Assembly (NCBI GenBank): GCA_963766325.1
Contig: CAVXZF010000007.1
Span: forward strand, 93,706-157,705
DNA from: an uncultured Actinomycetota bacterium
GTDB taxonomy: Bacteria > Actinomycetota > Actinomycetes > Mycobacteriales > CADCTP01
Reading direction: 5' to 3'
DNA length: 64,000 bases
The translations under genes and the position numbers were made by a program. Under the pieces are notes generated by a model, which did no database searches, was not told where the DNA came from, and was given only the letters and a program-made list of their open reading frames with translations. Below, piece by piece: positions 58,478-64,000 of the stretch; the stretch's first letter is position 1; every line of letters starts with the position of its first letter.

Positions 58478-60900
58478 CAGTCCTGACCGGGGGTGGACTT
58501 CGCGATCTGCATGAGGAACTCGACGTTGGTCCGGCTCTGCTTGAGCCGGTCCAGCAGCAGGTCGATCGCCTGCTCCGGGTCGAGCGCGTTGAGCACCCGG
58601 CGGAGCTTGTGCACGATCACCAGCTCCTCCGGCGCCAGCAGGATCTCCTCCTTGCGGGTGCCGGAGGCGATCACGTCGACGGCCGGGAAGGTCCGCTTGT
58701 TGGCGATCTTGCGGGACAGGATCAGCTCGGCGTTGCCGGTGCCCTTGAACTCCTCGAAGATCACCGTGTCCATCGTCGACCCGGTCTCGATCAGCGCGGT
58801 GGCCAGGATCGTCAGCGAGCCGCCGTGCTCGATGTTGCGGGCCGCGCCGAGGAAGCGCTTCGGCGGGTAGAGCGCGGTCGAGTCGACACCGCCGGACAGG
58901 ATCCGACCGGACGCCGGCGCGGCCAGGTTGTACGCGCGCCCCAGCCGGGTGATGTTGTCCAGCAGCACGACCACGTCGTGGCCGAGCTCGACCAGCCGCT
59001 TGGCCCGCTCGATCGACAGCTCGGCGACCGTGGTGTGGTCCGTCGGCGGCCGGTCGAACGTGCTCGCGATCACCTCGCCCTTGACCGCGCGCTGCATGTC
59101 GGTGACCTCCTCCGGCCGCTCGTCCACGAGGACGACCATGAGGTGGCACTCCGGGTTGTTGGTGGTGACGGCGTTGGCGATGGTCTGCAGGATCATCGTC
59201 TTGCCGGCCTTCGGCGGGGACACGATGAGCGCCCGCTGGCCCTTGCCGATCGGCATCACCAGGTCGATCACCCGCGAGGTGAGGATGTGCGGCTCGGTCT
59301 CCAGGCGGAGCCGGTCCTGCGGGTAGAGCGGGGTCAGCTTCATGAACTCGGGCCGGTTGCGAGCCTGCTCCGGGTCCACACCGTTGACCGTGTCCAGCCG
59401 GACCAGCGCGTTGTACTTGTCCCGCCGCTCACCCTCCCGCGGCTGCCGCACCGCGCCGGTGATCGCGTCGCCGCGGCGCAGGCTGTGCCGGCGGACCTGG
59501 GCGAGCGAGACGTACACGTCGTTGGGGCCGGTCAGGTAGCCGGAGGTCCGGACGAACGCGTAGTTGTCCAGGATGTCGAGGATGCCGGCCACCGGCAGCA
59601 GCACGTCGTCCTCGGCGATGACCGGCTCGGCCGGCTCGCCGCCGAAGCGGTCGGTGCGGTTGCGCCGGTTGCGGTCGCGGAAGCGGCCCCGGCGGCGGCC
59701 GCCGCCCCGGCCGTCGAAGTCGTCGTCGTCGTCCCGCTGGGCACCACCCTGGACGCCGTCCCGCTGGGCACCGTCCCGCTGGCCCTGCTGGCGGTCGCCG
59801 TCACGCTCGCGGTCGCCCTGCGCGACGCGCTGGTTGTCCCTGCCGCCGTCCCGCTCGCGGTCACCCTGCGCAGCGCGCTGGTTGTCCCGGCCACCGTCCC
59901 GCTGCCGGTCACCACCCTGCCGGTCGTCGCGCTGCCGCTCGCCGCCCTGCCGCTCGCCGTCGCGCTGCCGGTCACCACCCTGCCGGTCGTCGCGCTGCCG
60001 CTCGCCGCCCTGCCGCTCGCCGTCCCGCTGCCGGTCACCAACCTGCCGCTCACCAACCTGCCGGTCACCAACCTGCCGCTCGCCCGCCTGCCGGTCGCCA
60101 CCCTGCCGGTCGCCGTCGCGCTGGCCCTCGCGCTGCCGGTCGCCGCGCTCGCGGCGCTGCTCGCGCTGGTCGTCGCCGCGGTCACCCCGGTCGGCACGGT
60201 CCGACCGATCCGTACGGTCCGTACGGGTGCCGCGCTCCAGGCGGGCGCTCGCGTCCTGCCCGTCCACCGGCCGCTCGGTGGTCGCGGTCACCTCGGCCGC
60301 ACCCTCCGGCGCCGAGACCGTGTCGGGGCTGCCGGCTGGCCGGCTGGCCGCCCGGCGTTGCCGCCCCGGCCGCCCGGAGCCGGTCGATGTGTCAATGCTC
60401 ACATCCGGCCCGGTCTCCACCGCGGCGTCCGGCTGACCGGTCAGCACCGGGCGCGCCTCCGCCGGCACCTCGCTCACCGGGGCCGGCGCAACCGCCGCCT
60501 CGGCAACCGGCGACGCGACCGGCGACGCGACCGGCGACGCGGGCTCGACCGCCGGAGCCGACACCGACGGCGCAACCGACGCCTCGATGCCCGGCGGACC
60601 GCCCAGCGGCAGCTGCCCCTGCCCGTCGCCGCCCGGCGCGCCGTTGCCGGTCTGCCGCGCCTGGATGGCGCTGACCAGGTCGCCCTTGCGCATGCGGCCG
60701 ACGCCGCTGATGCCCAGCGAGGTGGCCATGGACTGCAGCTCGGGCAGCAACATGCCGGCCAGTCCGGCGGCGCGCCGGCGGGGCCGGGCGTCGGCCGCCG
60801 GCGCGGCGGGGGTCTCGACCGGGCCGGCAGCGGCTGGGCCTGCGGCGGGCTCGGCGTCCTGGCCGGCGGGGCCGGTCAAGGTGTCCGTGGTGTCGCTCAC
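58477..60900 (-). CDS. rho: Transcription termination factor Rho with ~350-aa hydrophilic insertion in the N-terminal RNA-binding region
   Basis: The C-terminal 370 aa are canonical Rho (CSD-like DNYAFVRTSGY, Walker A PPKAGKT, and the Q/R-loop regions). Total length is 807 aa. Confidence 0.95.
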   Translation of the reverse strand: MSDTTDTLTGPAGQDAEPAAGPAAAGPVETPAAPAADARPRRRAAGLAGMLLPELQSMATSLGISGVGRMRKGDLVSAIQARQTGNGAPGGDGQGQLPLGGPPGIEASVAPSVSAPAVEPASPVASPVASPVAEAAVAPAPVSEVPAEARPVLTGQPDAAVETGPDVSIDTSTGSGRPGRQRRAASRPAGSPDTVSAPEGAAEVTATTERPVDGQDASARLERGTRTDRTDRSDRADRGDRGDDQREQRRERGDRQREGQRDGDRQGGDRQAGERQVGDRQVGERQVGDRQRDGERQGGERQRDDRQGGDRQRDGERQGGERQRDDRQGGDRQRDGGRDNQRAAQGDRERDGGRDNQRVAQGDRERDGDRQQGQRDGAQRDGVQGGAQRDDDDDFDGRGGGRRRGRFRDRNRRNRTDRFGGEPAEPVIAEDDVLLPVAGILDILDNYAFVRTSGYLTGPNDVYVSLAQVRRHSLRRGDAITGAVRQPREGERRDKYNALVRLDTVNGVDPEQARNRPEFMKLTPLYPQDRLRLETEPHILTSRVIDLVMPIGKGQRALIVSPPKAGKTMILQTIANAVTTNNPECHLMVVLVDERPEEVTDMQRAVKGEVIASTFDRPPTDHTTVAELSIERAKRLVELGHDVVVLLDNITRLGRAYNLAAPASGRILSGGVDSTALYPPKRFLGAARNIEHGGSLTILATALIETGSTMDTVIFEEFKGTGNAELILSRKIANKRTFPAVDVIASGTRKEEILLAPEELVIVHKLRRVLNALDPEQAIDLLLDRLKQSRTNVEFLMQIAKSTPGQD
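59901..60120 (-). repeat. In-frame repeats inside rho: two 63-bp copies (125/126 identical, 59901-60026) followed by six 15-bp units
   Basis: Read directly. The repeats encode RQRDGERQGGERQRDDRQGGD twice and (V/A)G(D/E)RQ pentads. Confidence 0.9.
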
Positions 60901-61208
60901 GGTGGTTTTCCCTTCGGGGTCGGCCGGGTGTCAGACCGCGGCCGGGTCGAGCGACCGGCCGGGACGGCCGGTGACGGTCCGCCGAACGGCGGACGGGTGT
61001 GGCAGCCTCGCTGGAGCGCCTCGGAGCACCTGCGGGAACTCCTCGGAACAACGGGGACAGCGGAGCGTCGGACGACCCATCAGTGTGCGAGGCGATGAAA
61101 CCGACGACCCCACCGAGAGCGCACCCTCGGGCGGCTGGTGAGAGAAGCCTAGACGCTGTGCTGCCGCACCGGCAACAACCGGGGGCACCTGCGTGTTCCC
61201 CGGATCGG

Positions 61209-62144
61209 TCAGCCGGCCAGCGCGAGCTGCTCCGCCCCGCCCTGGTCGACCGCCAGCACCTCGCAGGTCCAGTTGCGCGGCGCGTACGAGCCCAGGTCGT
61301 CGGTGGGCCCGGCGAAGGCGAGCACCGAGGGTCCGGCGCCGGACACCACGGCCGGCACCCCGTCGGCCCGCAGCGCCGCCACCAGCCCGGCCGTACGCGC
61401 CTGGCCGGCCGCCCGGTACGGCTGGTGCAGCCGGTCCTCGGTCGCGGCCAGCAGCAGCCCGGGCTCGCGGGCGAGCGCGTGCACCAGCAGCGCTGCCCGG
61501 GCGCCGTTGGCGGCGGCGTCGGCGTGCGGCACCGTCTCGGGCAGCAGCTTGCGCGCCTTCGCCGTCGAGGAGGTGGTCGCCGGCACGAAGACGACCGGCC
61601 GCAGCGCCGGCGACACCGGCAGCCGGACCGCGGTCGCCCGGTCGTCCGGCGGGGTCCACGCCAGGGTCAGCCCGCCGAGCAGGCAGGCGGCCACGTTGTC
61701 CGGGTGGCCCTCCAGCTCGGTGGCCAGGGCCAGCAGCGCGGCGTCGTCGAGCGTCTCCTCGCCGCCGAGCACCAGCGCGCGGGCGGCCACCAGGCCGGCC
61801 ACGATGGCCGCCGCGGAGGAGCCGAGGCCGCGGCTGTGCGGGATGCGGTTGGCGCAGACCACCTCGAGCCCGCGGGGCTGCCCGCCGAGCGCGTCGAAGC
61901 CGGCCTGCAGCGCGCGCACCACCAGGTGCCGGCGGGTGCGCGGGACGGTGTCGGCGCCCTCGCCGGCCACGTCGACGTACAGGCCCTCGTCGGAGACGCG
62001 GACGACCACGTCGTCGTACAGCGCCAGGGCTAGACCGAGCGCGTCGAAGCCGGGCCCGAGGTTGGCGCTGGTGGCCGGCACCCGGACGCGCACCGGCGCG
62101 GCCCGGAACGCGGCCCTCGACCCCCGTGACGCCGCTCTCCCCAC
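61209..62144 (-). CDS. thrB: Homoserine kinase
   Basis: GHMP-kinase motifs PATSANLGPGFD and NRIPHSRGLGSSAAA. GTG 62093 is an alternative start. Confidence 0.85.
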   Translation of the reverse strand: MGRAASRGSRAAFRAAPVRVRVPATSANLGPGFDALGLALALYDDVVVRVSDEGLYVDVAGEGADTVPRTRRHLVVRALQAGFDALGGQPRGLEVVCANRIPHSRGLGSSAAAIVAGLVAARALVLGGEETLDDAALLALATELEGHPDNVAACLLGGLTLAWTPPDDRATAVRLPVSPALRPVVFVPATTSSTAKARKLLPETVPHADAAANGARAALLVHALAREPGLLLAATEDRLHQPYRAAGQARTAGLVAALRADGVPAVVSGAGPSVLAFAGPTDDLGSYAPRNWTCEVLAVDQGGAEQLALAG

Positions 62145-62197
62145 GGCGCGCAGGCTACCGGGTCACCATGATCACCTTCGCCGACCGGGCGATCCCG

Positions 62198-63247
62198 TCA
62201 GGCGAGACCGAGCCGGGCGGCGGCGGCCGCCGCGTCGGCCGGGATGGTGACCGGGGCCGGCGCGCCCGAGATCGCCCAGTCCGGGTCCTTGAGCCCGTTG
62301 CCGGTGACCGTGCAGACGACGGTCTGGCCCGGCTCCAGACCTGACTTGAGCAGGCCGGCCACCGAGGCCGCGGACGCCGGCTCGACGAAGACGCCCTCGC
62401 TGCGGGCCAGCAGCCGGTACGCCGCCAGGATCTCCCGATCGGTGACCGCGCTGATCGCCCCGCCGGACTCGTCCCGGGCGGCCAGCGCGGAGGCCCAGGA
62501 CGCCGGCCGGCCGATCCGGATCGCGGTGGCGATCGTGACCGGCCGGTCCACCGGCTGCCCGGACACGATCGGCGCCGCCCCGGCGGCCTGGAAGCCGAGC
62601 ATCCGCGGGCGGCCCTGCCCGTACTCGGTGTAGCCCTTCCAGTAGGCCGTGATGTTGCCGGCATTGCCGACCGGCAGGCAGTGCACATCCGGGGCGCGGC
62701 CGAGCAGGTCGCAGATCTCGAACGCGGCCGTCTTCTGCCCCTCGATGCGGTCCGGGTTGACCGAGTTGACCAGCGTGACCGGGTAGTGCTCGGACAGGTC
62801 CCGGGCGACGGCCAGGCAGTCGTCGAAGCCGCCGTCCACCTGCAGCAGCCGGGCGCCGTGGACCAGCGCCTGGGCCAGCTTGCCGAGCGCGATCTTGCCC
62901 TGCGGGACCAGGACCGCGCAGGTCAGGCCGGCCCGGACCGCGTACGCGGCCGCGGACGCCGAGGTGTTGCCGGTGCTGGCGCAGATGACCGCCTTGGCGC
63001 CCCGGGCCGCCGCCTGGGTGATCGCCACCGTCATCCCGCGGTCCTTGAAGGATCCGGTCGGGTTGGCACCCTCGACCTTGAGCCACACCTCGCAGCCGGT
63101 CCGCCGGGACAGCTCCACCGCGCGCAGCAGCGGGGTGCCGCCCTCCAGCAGCGTGACCACCGGCGTGTCCGGGGCGACCGGCAGCCGATCCCGGTACGCC
63201 TCCACCACGCCCGGCCACCCGGCCGCTCGTACCCCCGCCATCGTCAC
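62198..63247 (-). CDS. thrC: Threonine synthase
   Basis: PLP-lysine motif [15 protein letters not shown]. Confidence 0.9.
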   Translation of the reverse strand: MTMAGVRAAGWPGVVEAYRDRLPVAPDTPVVTLLEGGTPLLRAVELSRRTGCEVWLKVEGANPTGSFKDRGMTVAITQAAARGAKAVICASTGNTSASAAAYAVRAGLTCAVLVPQGKIALGKLAQALVHGARLLQVDGGFDDCLAVARDLSEHYPVTLVNSVNPDRIEGQKTAAFEICDLLGRAPDVHCLPVGNAGNITAYWKGYTEYGQGRPRMLGFQAAGAAPIVSGQPVDRPVTIATAIRIGRPASWASALAARDESGGAISAVTDREILAAYRLLARSEGVFVEPASAASVAGLLKSGLEPGQTVVCTVTGNGLKDPDWAISGAPAPVTIPADAAAAAARLGLA

Positions 63248-63276
63248 CCGACCAGCCTAAGCCGTCCCCACCACCG

Positions 63277-63581
63277 CCACGGCCGAGCAACGTCACGCAC
63301 GCCGACTGACGGCTCCCGGCCTCCGCTGACGGCACCAGCGCCACGGCCGAGCAACGTCACGCACCCGCGACTGACGGCTCCCGCTCGCCAGTGACGGCAC
63401 CAGCGACGTCAGCCGCGGACGCCCGACGTCAGTCGCGGACGCCCCGACGTCAGCCGCGGACGCCCGACGTCAGCCGCGGACGCCCGCCGTCAGTCGCGGA
63501 CGCCCGACGTCAGTCGCGGACGCCCGACGTCAGTCGGGGGCGCCGGCAGTCAGGGGGGAGCCACGGGGGCGGGTCAGGCGG
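63277..63581. repeat. Composite repeat: 2 copies of a ~64-bp unit (each carrying two CTGACGG/GTGACGG cores) followed by ~9 units of CGTCAGYCGCGGACGCCCGA (20-21 bp)
   Basis: Read directly. Lies between the hom stop (63574) and the thrC start (63247). Confidence 0.95.
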
Positions 63582-64000
63582 GGTCGCCCTCGACGCGCAT
63601 GACGCTGGCGACCTCACGGACGACGGGCAGCCGGCGCAGGTCCTCGACGGTGGCGGACAGCGCCGCGTCGGGGGCGAGGTGGGTGACCAGCACCAGCGTG
63701 GCGTCCGCGCCGCGCCCGGACTGCCGGACCGTGGAGATGCTCACGTCGTGCGCGGCGAAGGCCTGCGCGACCGCGGCCAGCACGCCCGGCCGGTCGGCCA
63801 CGTCGAGCGCGATGTGGTAGCGGGTCGGCGTCTCCCCCATCGGCCGGACCCTGAGGTCCGCGTACGCCGACTCGCCCGCGCCGCGCGCCCCGGTCAGCCG
63901 GTTGCGGGCGACCGCGACCAGGTCGCCGAGCACCGCCGACGCGGTCGGCGCGCCGCCGGCCCCGCGGCCGTAGAACATCAGCTCGCCGGCCGCGTCGCCG
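63574..64000 (-). CDS. hom: Homoserine dehydrogenase, C-terminal part including ACT domain (5' end beyond window)
   Basis: ...FYGRGAGGAPTASAVLGDL... followed by an ACT domain (YHIALDVADRPGVLAAVAQAFAAHDVSI). The frame stays open to the window edge. Confidence 0.85.
   Translation of the reverse strand, partial: GDAAGELMFYGRGAGGAPTASAVLGDLVAVARNRLTGARGAGESAYADLRVRPMGETPTRYHIALDVADRPGVLAAVAQAFAAHDVSISTVRQSGRGADATLVLVTHLAPDAALSATVEDLRRLPVVREVASVMRVEGDPA

Noticed and set aside
60931-61140. Small minus-strand ORF in the rho leader (MGRPTLRCPRCSEEF...) with a CxxC pair
   Set aside because: It has no SD, an arginine/proline-rich composition and a single CxxC only. It is most likely a chance ORF within the 5' leader.

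Overview
This is a high-GC, densely coding actinobacterial chromosomal core segment. From memory it is colinear with the M. tuberculosis Rv1294-Rv1327c and Streptomyces SCO5354-5375 neighbourhoods.

**Gene content**
- The minus strand, read right to left, carries hom-thrC-thrB, rho, rpmE, prfA-prmC, tsaC, an LMW-PTP, glyA, wecA, the F1Fo ATP synthase operon (atpI, B, E, F, H, A, G, D ... C), a DUF2550 gene, a PduO-type adenosyltransferase and nucS.
- The left end carries the GlgE alpha-glucan cluster glgE-treS-pep2-glgB.
- Acyl-CoA and ethylmalonyl-CoA genes are interspersed: an IcmA-like mutase, meaB, a thiolase, methylmalonyl-CoA epimerase, ccr, a tandem 3-hydroxyacyl-CoA dehydrogenase and an Ecm/MeaA-like mutase.
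- Other genes include a secreted CBM2-FN3-GH18 chitinase behind DasR-type boxes, two FilP/DivIVA-like coiled-coil paralogues flanking an AI-2E transporter, a coupled GMC oxidoreductase and aldehyde dehydrogenase pair, and a YefM-RelE/ParE toxin-antitoxin pair in a lower-GC islet.
- I found no rRNA, tRNA, CRISPR, transposase, phage or recognisable defence-island genes.

**Most unusual signals**
1. A dispersed family of intergenic repeat arrays has a 20-bp period and a shared 11-bp core, CGCGRCTGACG / CGTCAGYCGCG. Each array has a plus-oriented half and a minus-oriented half, and the stop codons of flanking genes sit in the outermost units. There are five to six loci in 64 kb, one of them inside the hom-thrC junction.
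2. Otherwise invariant housekeeping synteny is interrupted by opposite-strand inserts. A split, order-reversed RibD-like pair lies between atpD and atpC, and a SARP regulator plus a PPOX-family gene lie between tsaC and prmC.
3. In-frame, near-perfect tandem-repeat expansions occur inside GlgB, an LLM oxidoreductase, the AI-2E transporter, AtpF and Rho.

Many long ORFs in the supplied track are antisense or out-of-frame GC artefacts and were not called.
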